This document shows positions 39,332-48,289 of a stretch of 64,000 bases of DNA, piece by piece. The notes below the pieces were generated by a model, which worked only from the letters and a program-made list of their open reading frames with translations, had not been told where the DNA came from and made no database searches. Origin of the DNA: a virus; the IMG/VR virus record IMGVR_UViG_3300029784_000200. One strand, 5' to 3'. Position numbers and translations under genes: made by a program. Positions within the stretch are counted from its first letter, which is position 1. Every line of letters starts with the position of its first letter.

Positions 39332-39486
39332 CGACAGCAGTATTGGAGCAGTACGCAAGGGAATGCGCGGAAAAAGACAGGATCCGCGCAAAAGAAGTAG
39401 CACAGGATGTCCTCAGCCGCAGGATTCGGATGGAACGCCACGGCATGGATGTCAGAGCAAAGAGCATCAGGAGGGTATACGCATGA
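39325..39486 (+). CDS. small hypothetical protein (~53 aa), ATGA-type overlap with the upstream gene
   Basis: ATG at 39325 ten nt after AAGGAGG. The track ORF 39172-39486 is the same frame extended upstream. Confidence 0.35.
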   Translation: MLTTAVLEQYARECAEKDRIRAKEVAQDVLSRRIRMERHGMDVRAKSIRRVYA

Positions 39487-39878
39487 GAATAGGCAGTGTA
39501 GACTTCATCATCATGGAAGTAGTTATTGTCCTCATTTCCTGCATCCTGGCTAAACTGTTCATGGATGTGGCGGCACTGGTGCAGCTGCACATGCAGTATG
39601 AAGAACCGGACCGCGAGGAAACAATAAGCACGCCCGGTATCACGATCAATTTAAAAGATGCCGCTTCCAGGCACATATACCGGATCAAATGGATCACGGG
39701 AAAGATACCGGAGCACCAATTTGACGTGGGGGACCACGTGGAAGTACTGAAAAATGCAGGCGGACATCTGATCATCCGGCATTTTGCAAAGGGCGAAGTA
39801 CATACACTCGCGATCGGCAGCGGTTATGCGGACCGGCTCCGAGTCGAGGTGGATGATCATGCATATGAGACTGAATAA
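39483..39878 (+). CDS. small membrane-anchored protein (131 aa)
   Basis: ATG at 39483 overlapping the previous stop (ATGA); hydrophobic N-terminus FIIMEVVIVLISCILAKLF. Confidence 0.45.
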   Translation: MRIGSVDFIIMEVVIVLISCILAKLFMDVAALVQLHMQYEEPDREETISTPGITINLKDAASRHIYRIKWITGKIPEHQFDVGDHVEVLKNAGGHLIIRHFAKGEVHTLAIGSGYADRLRVEVDDHAYETE

Positions 39879-39983
39879 GACGGAATAAGGGACCAGGCGG
39901 ATGCCGGGTTCCTTATTTTTTGCCGCCAAAAGGAGATTTTTTGCGACATACTGAAAACAGGAACAAAGAAAATCAAAAATGAG

Positions 39984-41378
39984 GTGGAGCGTATGATCAA
40001 AAATTACCTTCTTGATACGAATATCCTGCTGCAGAACCCGCAGAGCCTGTTCGGGTTCGAGGACAACAACGTTTATCTGTGCGGGACGACCATGCAGGAA
40101 CTGGATAGCAAAAAGACGGCGCCAGGCGAGCTCGGTTACAATGCAAGGGAATGCTGCCGCATCCTGGACGGGCTGCGTGAGACGGGAGACTTAACGAAAG
40201 GCGTTGTGCTCCATACGGCAGCCGAGCCGAAAAAGTGCGGCAAGCTTTACGTGGAACCGGACGGCGTGGATCAGGGGCTGCTCCCGAAAGGGTTCAAGAT
40301 TGACGTACCGGATAACCGGATCATCAGCACCTGCCTGTATTTAAACCAGGAAAAACTGCGCGAAAAGCCGATCGTCCTGGTCACGAACGACATTTCCATG
40401 CGTGTCAATGCGAGCATCTGCGGGCTTCACGTGGAAGGGTACCGCAATGACCAGATCGCGGAGACTGATTATACCGGACAGACGGATATCACAGTCCCAT
40501 CCAGCCTGATCGACCAGCTGTACGCGGAAAAGAGCATCCTGTTTACGCCGGAAGAATACGGACTGACAGGAATTTATGAAAACCACTTCATTACCCTGCA
40601 CGGTGGAAAAAACCAGTCCGCCCTCACGATCCATAAGGACGGGAAACTTTTCCTGCTGCCGCCGCAGCCCCCGTTATTTGGCGGTATCCGCCCGTTAAAT
40701 GCCATGCAGCATTATGCGTTATACGCACTCCTTGCCCCGGCGGAAGAGATCCCGTTAGTCGTGCTCGTTGGGCCTGCCGGAACCGCAAAAACCTTCCTTG
40801 CCATGGCGGCCGGATTATCCAAGACCTATCTCGGACAGGGATGCCGGGACGGGGAATACCGGAAGATCCTAATCAGTAAGCCGAATTCCGGCAACCGCGC
40901 GGAACCGGGCTTTGGATACCTTCCGGGCGACCTGGAAGATAAGATGGCTCCGCTTATCGCATCCTATACGGACACCCTGGAAGCAGTACTCGGGGGCTCC
41001 AACGGGGAGAAGGAAGAACCGTCCCAGGTATCGGCGCAGATCGAGGACATGTTTGAATCCGGCGTGATCGAGCTCTGCCCACTAAACTACATCCGCGGCC
41101 GTTCCATCGCAGGCAGCTATATCATCTGCGATGAGGCGCAGAACGCGACAAAGGGGCTCATCCGCGACGTCATCACGCGTGCCGGAACCGGCTCCAAGGT
41201 CGTGGTGCTCGGTGATGAAAAGCAGGTGGACGCCCCGACACTGGACAGCCGCAATAACGGCCTCATCTACTGTGCGGAGCATATGAAGGGATCCGCGCTC
41301 AGCGTGGTCTTACGTTTCGGCGAAAAACAGTGTGTCAGAAGTGCCCTCGCGGAAGCGGCCATCCAGCTCATGAAGTAA
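39984..41378 (+). CDS. phoH: PhoH2-type protein (N-terminal PIN domain + PhoH-like P-loop ATPase)
   Basis: N-terminal LLDTNILL (PIN-like); Walker A LVGPAGTAKT; CATACTGA at 39944; RBS GAGGTGGAGCGTATG. Confidence 0.8.
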   Translation: MERMIKNYLLDTNILLQNPQSLFGFEDNNVYLCGTTMQELDSKKTAPGELGYNARECCRILDGLRETGDLTKGVVLHTAAEPKKCGKLYVEPDGVDQGLLPKGFKIDVPDNRIISTCLYLNQEKLREKPIVLVTNDISMRVNASICGLHVEGYRNDQIAETDYTGQTDITVPSSLIDQLYAEKSILFTPEEYGLTGIYENHFITLHGGKNQSALTIHKDGKLFLLPPQPPLFGGIRPLNAMQHYALYALLAPAEEIPLVVLVGPAGTAKTFLAMAAGLSKTYLGQGCRDGEYRKILISKPNSGNRAEPGFGYLPGDLEDKMAPLIASYTDTLEAVLGGSNGEKEEPSQVSAQIEDMFESGVIELCPLNYIRGRSIAGSYIICDEAQNATKGLIRDVITRAGTGSKVVVLGDEKQVDAPTLDSRNNGLIYCAEHMKGSALSVVLRFGEKQCVRSALAEAAIQLMK

Positions 41379-41441
41379 CGGAGGACGATGATCCGGCACC
41401 CCGTTTTCCAAAATGGGGTGCCTTTTTATGGCCAAATATAA

Positions 41442-41492
41442 CCAAAAAGTGTTATCCGCAAAAAGCACAGGGCAAAATCCAATACATACTGC
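41442..41492 (+). promoter_or_regulatory. element promoter box - N20 - CATACTGC (copy 8), topB promoter
   Basis: Box at 41442-41464; CATACTG at 41485-41491. Confidence 0.55.
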
Positions 41493-41504
41493 ACATGACG
41501 GAAC

Positions 41505-43856
41505 ATGCAAAAGAAAAGAGAAAGAAAGGAAAGAACACAAGTGGGGAAATCATTATTCATCGCGGAGAAGCCGTCCGTGGCAATGGAATTTGCCAAGGCG
41601 CTTGACATGAAACCCGGGGAAAAGAAGAACGGATACCTGGAAGATGAACGCTACATCGTAACATGGTGTGTTGGACATCTGGTCACCTTATCCTACCCGG
41701 ATAAATATGACGAGAGATTAAAGAAATGGGAGCTGGAAACGCTGCCGTTCATCCCGAAGGAATATAAATATGAAGTGATTCCGGAGGTAGCAGCCCAGTA
41801 TAAAGTGGTAAAGACCCTCTTAAACCGGAAAGACGTGGACCGGATCTATTATTCCGGGGACTCTGCGCGCGAAGGAGAGTACATCCAGCGCCTCGTCCGT
41901 CAGATGGCGGGACATAATAAGGAAGCAAAAGAGTTCCGCGTCTGGATCGACTCCCAGACCAGGGAAGAGATCCGAAACGGTATCAAGAATGCCCATGAAC
42001 TGGCTTATTACGACAAATTATCGGATTCCGCCTATGCACGGGCGATCGAGGACTACCTGGTCGGCATTGACTTTTCCAGGGTCTTATCCATCAAATACGC
42101 AAATATGGTCTCCGGCGCGGCAGGGATCCGTTATACGCCGATTGCGGTCGGACGCGTCATGTCCTGTGTCCTTGGCATGATCGTGGAACGGGAACGCCAG
42201 ATCCGGAGTACGACCGTTATCCCATATTACGGGATCCGGTTAAACCTTTCCGATACGGTAAGCGCAGACTGGAAGATCCGGGACGGGTCCGCGTATGCAG
42301 CAGATCCGGACCGCTATAATGACGCCGGTCTCTTAAAAAAGGAAAAGACGGAAGCACTGATCAAGGATTTAAGCGCAAACGGCACCACCAGGTTTATAAA
42401 AAGGGAGAAAAAACAGGAGTCCAAGGCGGCGCCCCTGCTCTTTAACCTCGCCGAGCTCCAGGCGGAATGCACCAAACAGTTTCACATCAGCCCAGCAGAC
42501 ACCTTAAAGATCGCGCAGACCTTATACGAGGGAAAGCTAACCACATACCCGAGAACAGATGCCAGGGTCCTGACCACGGCGATCTGCAAAGTCTTCGATA
42601 AAAATATCCGCGGCCTCCAGAGCGTGGAGGAAGTGGCGGCATTTTCAAAGGAAGTACTGGACCAGGGCATGCAGGAGCCGCTCCGGCAAAAGACGACCAA
42701 ATACGTGGATGACTCCAAGGTATCTGACCATTATGCGATCATACCGACCGGTGAAGGATTTGAGACGTTAAAGAAACTTTCCCAGCTGGAAAAGGACGTT
42801 TATCTGCTGATCTGCAGACGTTTCTTAAGCATCTTTTATCCGCCCGCTGTTTACGACAAGCTGTCCTTTACCTGTAAGACGGCCAAGGAAGAATTTGACG
42901 GTTCCTACACAGCTGTTGCAAAGGAAGGATACTTAAAGGTAGCCGGAAGGAAAGATGACAAGGACGCAGCAGTTGCAATCACGGCGGTCATGAACATGCC
43001 GGAAGAAGTCTCACCGGTCACGTTCGACTTAAAAGAAGGAAAAAGCAAACCGCCAAAACGCTATACGACCGGTTCCATGATCCTTGCGATGGAAAATGCC
43101 GGAAAACTCATCGAGGATGAAGCACTCCGGGAACAAATTAAGGGATCCGGCATCGGTACGTCAGCAACCAGGGCGGAAACGATCTCAAAACTGGAGCGAC
43201 TGCAGTATATTGCCGTCAATAAAAAAACACAGACGATTACACCGGATAAACTCGGCGAGATGGTGTATGATGTCCTCCGCTTAAGTGTTCCGACCATCTT
43301 AAAACCGGACTATACGGCATCCTGGGAAACAGGCCTTCAGGGGATCGCGGATGGAAAATACACCAAACAGATCTATCTGGACAAGATCTATGCCTACATC
43401 GCAAAAAATACAGAAAATATGAAGGCGGAAAACCATGCGGAAGAGATCACAAAGAATATTCAGACCTTAAAAAAGGTATATCCGGACATCGGAAAAGCGC
43501 AGCCGGCAGATGCATCCGGCGCGGGTAATACTGCAGCCGGTACCTGCCCGGTATGCGGGAAACCATTAAGGATCAGCGAAAAGAGTATTTACTGCAGTGG
43601 GTACCAGGACGGATGTAAATTTACGATCTGGCGGGAGATCAGCGGCAAGAAATTGACCGATAAGCAGCTGGAGTCTTTAGCGAAGGGCATCAAAAAGAAT
43701 GGATCCGGCGGATACCAGTCCGCGCCGTCCGCGAAGATCTCCGGATTCAAGTCCAAAAAGGGGACGTCCTTTGACGCAAAACTGCAGGTAACCGGGATCG
43801 TAAACGGAAAGGTAGAAATTAAATTCGTGTTTGAGAATGCGCCGAAAAAGCCATAA
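41505..43856 (+). CDS. topB: DNA topoisomerase III (type IA) with C-terminal zinc ribbons
   Basis: KSLFIAEKPSVA / YIVTWCVGHLV (TOPRIM); C-terminal CPVCGKPLRISEKSIYCSGYQDGCKFTIW. The true start may be the GTG at 41541. Confidence 0.85.
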   Translation: MQKKRERKERTQVGKSLFIAEKPSVAMEFAKALDMKPGEKKNGYLEDERYIVTWCVGHLVTLSYPDKYDERLKKWELETLPFIPKEYKYEVIPEVAAQYKVVKTLLNRKDVDRIYYSGDSAREGEYIQRLVRQMAGHNKEAKEFRVWIDSQTREEIRNGIKNAHELAYYDKLSDSAYARAIEDYLVGIDFSRVLSIKYANMVSGAAGIRYTPIAVGRVMSCVLGMIVERERQIRSTTVIPYYGIRLNLSDTVSADWKIRDGSAYAADPDRYNDAGLLKKEKTEALIKDLSANGTTRFIKREKKQESKAAPLLFNLAELQAECTKQFHISPADTLKIAQTLYEGKLTTYPRTDARVLTTAICKVFDKNIRGLQSVEEVAAFSKEVLDQGMQEPLRQKTTKYVDDSKVSDHYAIIPTGEGFETLKKLSQLEKDVYLLICRRFLSIFYPPAVYDKLSFTCKTAKEEFDGSYTAVAKEGYLKVAGRKDDKDAAVAITAVMNMPEEVSPVTFDLKEGKSKPPKRYTTGSMILAMENAGKLIEDEALREQIKGSGIGTSATRAETISKLERLQYIAVNKKTQTITPDKLGEMVYDVLRLSVPTILKPDYTASWETGLQGIADGKYTKQIYLDKIYAYIAKNTENMKAENHAEEITKNIQTLKKVYPDIGKAQPADASGAGNTAAGTCPVCGKPLRISEKSIYCSGYQDGCKFTIWREISGKKLTDKQLESLAKGIKKNGSGGYQSAPSAKISGFKSKKGTSFDAKLQVTGIVNGKVEIKFVFENAPKKP

Positions 43857-43932
43857 GCGGTACGAAAATGCGATGGCATCTTGGAATGTTCCGCAAGAAG
43901 GTCAAAAGACACGTATCATTCCTGACCAATAT

Positions 43933-43986
43933 TGACCAAAAAGCGTTATCCGCAAAAATACAACTGTCTAAAATGATACATACTGG
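43933..43986 (+). promoter_or_regulatory. CRISPR leader promoter: TTGACC-box (CCAAAAAGCGTTATCCGCAAAAA) - N20 - CATACTGG (copy 9)
   Basis: Box at 43937-43959; CATACTGG at 43979-43986; 75 nt upstream of the first repeat. Confidence 0.6.
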
Positions 43987-44059
43987 TTCTGTTACGGAAG
44001 TCCAAGACTAAGGGAAGCAACGGCTTGCTAAGCATGGAAATCTCTATGAGGGATTTAGT

Positions 44060-44393
44060 ATTTGCCCCGTACACACGGGGATGAACCCAGGTTGTAGGAT
44101 CGGTGAGTGTCTTGGGATTCATTTGCCCCGTATACGCGGGGATGAACCCACACAACCATTTTTGCCACAAATCGGCGCAACATCTGCCCCGTATACACGG
44201 GGATGGGCCCAGAAAATCTCAGTCGCCACTTACGAAAATCGGATTTGTCCCGTATACGCGGGGATGAACCTACATTTCAATGTATGGATAAGACAGCCTT
44301 AGGATCTGCCCCCGTATACGCGGGGGATGAACCCTTGTTTCGCAGAGCAAATACGGGAACTCAGCCATCTGCCCCGTACACACGGGGATGAAT
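44060..44393 (+). CRISPR. CRISPR array 1a: 6 repeats of ~28 nt (ATYTGCCCCGTAYACRCGGGGATGAACC), ~33-nt spacers; type I-E-like repeat
   Basis: Repeats at 44060, 44121, 44183, 44242, 44305 and 44366. Palindromic CCCCG..CGGGG stem and ATGAACC 3' handle, as in I-E repeats. Confidence 0.9.
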
Positions 44394-44503
44394 CTATCCC
44401 ATACTGCCTACGCGATCATCAGTAGGAATCAACCATGCATGCACAGGGGCAGGCTCGCCGCAACGCTACAAACCTACAATATATCATTTCGGACCAATAT
44501 TGG

Positions 44504-44554
44504 CCAAAAAGCGTTATCCGCAAAAATACAACTGTCTAAAATGATACATACTGG
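44504..44554 (+). promoter_or_regulatory. duplicated leader promoter (copy 10)
   Basis: Box at 44504-44526; CATACTGG at 44547-44554. Confidence 0.55.
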
Positions 44555-44622
44555 TTCTGTTGCGGAAGTCCAAGACAAAAAAACGGCTTGCTAACCACAG
44601 GAATCTCCTTGAGGGATTTAGT

Positions 44623-45077
44623 ATCTGCCCTGTATACACGGGGATGAACCTAACCTCATGTGCAGCTTGCTATATTTTTCCAAATCTGCCCCGTATGCAC
44701 GGGGCTGAGCCATTCCCGGATGGTTTTGTAGTAGGTGTTGATGCATTCGAGCCCCGTACATGCGGGGATGAACCATCGTGCTCGGGGATGCAGGGCTTTT
44801 CCAACGGGTCTGCCCCGTATGCACGGGGATGAACCTATTAAAAATGAGCCAGTAATGCGGGAAGTGCCATTTGCTCCGTACACACGGGGATGAACCAGAG
44901 AGTAGTCAAGAGAATAATCAAATCTATATTCTTCCCGTACACACGGGGATGAATCATGGAGACGCAAATCTACAATGAGAGATCCCGGGTCTACCCCGTA
45001 TACACGGGGATGAGCCTATCACTTCGACATTATTCGCGCCACAACACAAATCCACTCCGTATGCACGAGAATGAGTT
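44623..45077 (+). CRISPR. CRISPR array 1b: 8 repeats (last two degenerate)
   Basis: Same repeat family. Spacer ATTCCCGGATGGTTTTGTAGTAGGTGTTGATGCATTCGAG at ~44713 is nearly duplicated in array 1c. Confidence 0.9.
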
Positions 45078-45121
45078 CGCTACGCCGCAATTGCCAAAAT
45101 ATGTATCATTTCTGACCAATA

Positions 45122-45175
45122 TTGACCAAAAAGTGTTATCCGCAAAAATGCGACTATCTAAAATGGTACATACTG
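45122..45175 (+). promoter_or_regulatory. duplicated leader promoter (copy 11)
   Basis: Box at 45126-45148; CATACTGG at 45168-45175. Confidence 0.55.
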
Positions 45176-45249
45176 GTTTTGTTGCGAAAGTCCAAGACGA
45201 AGGGAAGCAATGACTTGCCAAGCATGGAAATTTCCATGAGAGATTTAGT

Positions 45250-45524
45250 ATTTGCCCCATGCACACGGGGATGAACCTAAGCATAAGTGGCACCCTTGAT
45301 AAGGATATGGCATCCGCCCCGTATACACGGGGATGAACCGGCTTTTCACAATTATTGAGATGTTACACGAGGATCTACCCCGTATACACGGGGATGAGCC
45401 ATTCCCGGATGGTTTTGTAGTAGGTATTGACGCATTCGCCCCCGTATACACGGGGATGAACCTTGTGTGTAAGGGTTGCGAGAAAAGAATTATCGGATCT
45501 GCCCCGTATATACGGGGACGAGTT
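45250..45524 (+). CRISPR. CRISPR array 1c: 5 repeats (terminal repeat degenerate)
   Basis: Same repeat family; shares a spacer with 1b. Confidence 0.9.
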
Positions 45525-45572
45525 CGTTGCACCGCAATTGTCAAAAAATATGTTTCAATTCTGGATTAACAT

Positions 45573-45626
45573 TGACCAAAAAGTGTTATCCGCAAAAATA
45601 CATCTCAAAGAAATAATACATACTGA
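45573..45626 (+). promoter_or_regulatory. duplicated leader promoter (copy 12), also the probable cas operon promoter
   Basis: Box at 45577-45599; CATACTGA at 45619-45626. Confidence 0.55.
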
Positions 45627-45699
45627 CCTTGTCGTAGAGATCCAAGATGATAGGAATCAACGATGCGTCAGCCATAGAAAATTCTTTGAGGAATTTAGT

Positions 45700-45788
45700 A
45701 TCCGCCCCGTGCGTACGGGGATGAACCTGATCGGACGCTTCGGATCGGTCTCACGTAAAAATCCGCCCCGTGCGTACGGGGATGCCCC
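45700..45788 (+). CRISPR. CRISPR array 1d: 2 repeats, directly upstream of cas8e
   Basis: ATCCGCCCCGTGCGTACGGGGATGAACC at 45700 and ATCCGCCCCGTGCGTACGGGGATGCCCC at 45761. Confidence 0.8.
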
Positions 45789-45871
45789 CATAGAAGCACA
45801 AGGATGACAGTTAATAACAGTCTTTTCCATGTACATGGGGAATCAATTATAACAAAAGAAAGGAAAAAATC

Positions 45872-48256
45872 ATGCAGAAACAATTTTGTCTGGTAACAGA
45901 ACCGTGGATCAAAGTGATCGATCTGCAGGGCGAAGTAAAGGAACTCAGCTTAAAGAACGCCTTCGCGCAGGCACATGAAATCCGCTGCCTGGCAGGGGAG
46001 CTGCCGAACCAGGACTTTGCTGTCCTGCGATTTCTGTTAGCCATATTACAGACGGTAATGTACCGGTATGAACCGGACGGCACTGAGAAACTACTGACCG
46101 AACCGGAAGACGCGCTCAGACGGTGGAAAACAGTATGGGAAGATAAGAAATTGCCGGAAACAGTTGTAGACAAATACCTGGAGGAGTGGAAGGAACGCTT
46201 CTACTTATTCCACCCGGACCATCCGTTTTATCAGGTTCCGGGAATCGAAGGAATGGGTACCTCCATCTCACCCGGCAGGATGATCGCGGCAGTCGGGGAA
46301 AGCGACAATAAGGCAAGGATCTTCGGTACATACTCTACCCGCGGAAAGAACGGGATTACGGATGCAGAACTTACCAGATGGATTTTACATTTCCAGGCAT
46401 ATGATACAAAATCCACCAAGATCATAAGAGGCCCCGTTGACCCGGAAAGAGGGAAACTGCATCCAAGGATCGCATGGTGCGGAAATCTCGGCGCCGTATA
46501 CCTGGAAGGCGACAACCTGTTTGAAACGCTGATGTTAAATCTGGTACTGCTTCGCACGGATATTACAGAAGATACCTGCTTTGCCAAACCGAAACCATCA
46601 TGGGAGAGGGACGTATTAAAACCCATTGAGGATAACATCCGAACAGATATCGATAACCAGGCGGAACTGTTATCCATGCCGTGCCGCTGGCTTTTCGTCA
46701 GCCGGCAACAGGATACCTTTTCAGCATCCTCTGTCGTTGGTGAAAACCTCGATCCAAAAAACGCCTTCCTGGAGCAGATGACCTTATGGAGGCCTGTTTA
46801 CGTGAAGGCCAAGGAAGGGGCTGTCACGGATGGGTTCATTCCAAGCCTTTCTGATTACACCAGGGAGAGCATCCCGGACCGGACCGATTTTGGACGCGGT
46901 ATGTGGAACCGGTTCAGCGCCATCACATCGGAACAGGAAGATGCGAGAAAACCCGGCATTATCCTCTGGATGCAGAAGCTGACCGACCGCGGCATCCTCT
47001 CTGAAGAAAAGGCAGTGGCCTTAAAAGGGATCGACACGGTATACCACAAACAGCAGGGAAGCATGGTCATGGACGTAAAGGGAAGCTCCATTGACATGAG
47101 GCTGCTGTTTTTAGGAACGCGCGGCAAGGTATGGAGAGAGATGTTAGACCGCGTCATCCGGCTGACCAACCAGGTGGCGGAAATCTATGCAACCTTTTAT
47201 ATGGAGACATGCAGCGCAATCGGACATTCCTATAACGGCAATACCTTCGGAACCAGATCGGAAGGGGCCGAAATGTTCTATGGAGCTGTGGATGCGCCAT
47301 TAAGGAAATGGCTTTCCGAAATCAACGACCGCGTGACAACACCGGATGAACCGGAAATCACCCCGGAAATGTTTGAAAGAAAATGGGAAGCAGTTGCGTT
47401 CCGCACTCTGGACCGCTGCGCGAAAGAGCGGATCCGCTCCTGTGGCATGGCAGGGATCCGGATCATAGAGTCCGAGACGGCAACATCCGGATATACAGGG
47501 CTTGCATCATGTTACGATAAGCTCTGGTTTACCATAAGAAAGGTCACGGATCATGCACTGGATGAGATCTACTGGAATATGGATCCGCACTCCGACCGCG
47601 CGGATGAGGTGTGTGATTACGTAAGGGAAAAGATCCTTCGGTATCGGAGGACTGCGGATGATCCTAAGACGGTACGGGAACTGGCGCTGCTGCGCAGGAG
47701 CGTTGGACAGGATCCGGAAAACGCATCCAAAATTGCGCAGACTGTTTTACAGGACTTTGAGGAAACCTACCGCGCGGCAACCGGATACACGCGTGCAGAA
47801 CGCGCGGTCTTTGCGGCACTTACCTTATATGCAAGAAGTTTCAAGGATAAAAACGAGGACGGACACACGGAGGAAGCCTCTTTCGGATGCGCCGTAAGAC
47901 TTGCCGCCACGGACAAAGAAACCGGAAAAGAGGACGCAGACTGCTTAAAGCAGATCGTCCGGTACATGAACCGCATCCTCTCGGCGGATTACCTGCAGAC
48001 GCTGGTGCACCATGCGGACAGCCTGTTTCGGGTACAGAAAGGCCGGATGCCAGGATTCGATTACGGCTGGTTTGCAAAGGATCTATTCCTCTGGCAGATC
48101 CGGGAATACAATCCGTCCGTAAAGCTTGCATGGTCTGCGGATTTTCTCCGCAGAAGGAAAACGGCAAAGCTGGATGCAGGAATGCAGGAACAGGAAGAAA
48201 CCGGACCGGATCCGGGTACCAAGAAAACCAAAAAGGCAAGAAAAACAAAAAAATAA
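45872..48256 (+). CDS. cas8e-cas11: Cas8e (Cse1/CasA) fused in-frame to Cas11 (Cse2/CasB) - large+small subunit fusion, 794 aa
   Basis: N-terminal LVTEPWIKV and FYLFHPDHPFYQ parallel CasA LIDNWIPV and FYLNHAEHPFMQ. The C-terminal ~190 aa (…LKQIVRYMNRILSADYLQTLVHHADSLF…DYGWFAKDLFLWQ…VKLAWSADF) parallel the CasB helical pattern (…LDWPLMARMLTWWGK…LLEDF). Confidence 0.75.
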   Translation: MQKQFCLVTEPWIKVIDLQGEVKELSLKNAFAQAHEIRCLAGELPNQDFAVLRFLLAILQTVMYRYEPDGTEKLLTEPEDALRRWKTVWEDKKLPETVVDKYLEEWKERFYLFHPDHPFYQVPGIEGMGTSISPGRMIAAVGESDNKARIFGTYSTRGKNGITDAELTRWILHFQAYDTKSTKIIRGPVDPERGKLHPRIAWCGNLGAVYLEGDNLFETLMLNLVLLRTDITEDTCFAKPKPSWERDVLKPIEDNIRTDIDNQAELLSMPCRWLFVSRQQDTFSASSVVGENLDPKNAFLEQMTLWRPVYVKAKEGAVTDGFIPSLSDYTRESIPDRTDFGRGMWNRFSAITSEQEDARKPGIILWMQKLTDRGILSEEKAVALKGIDTVYHKQQGSMVMDVKGSSIDMRLLFLGTRGKVWREMLDRVIRLTNQVAEIYATFYMETCSAIGHSYNGNTFGTRSEGAEMFYGAVDAPLRKWLSEINDRVTTPDEPEITPEMFERKWEAVAFRTLDRCAKERIRSCGMAGIRIIESETATSGYTGLASCYDKLWFTIRKVTDHALDEIYWNMDPHSDRADEVCDYVREKILRYRRTADDPKTVRELALLRRSVGQDPENASKIAQTVLQDFEETYRAATGYTRAERAVFAALTLYARSFKDKNEDGHTEEASFGCAVRLAATDKETGKEDADCLKQIVRYMNRILSADYLQTLVHHADSLFRVQKGRMPGFDYGWFAKDLFLWQIREYNPSVKLAWSADFLRRRKTAKLDAGMQEQEETGPDPGTKKTKKARKTKK

Positions 48257-48289
48257 ACACCACTATTTTATAAGAAAAGGAGAAAAATT

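Noticed and set aside
34704-39878. Track ORFs 34704-35138, 39172-39486 and 39363-39878 at full length
   Set aside because: The upstream parts overlap the preceding genes in other frames. Internal starts with proper RBS (34923, 39325, 39483) give the plausible shorter products listed as features.
43946-45883. Small ORFs across the CRISPR arrays (e.g. 44081-44302, 44560-44832, 45245-45544, 45463-45807)
   Set aside because: They are translations of repeat-spacer units (recurrent PRIHGDEP / PVYTGMN peptides), with no RBS.
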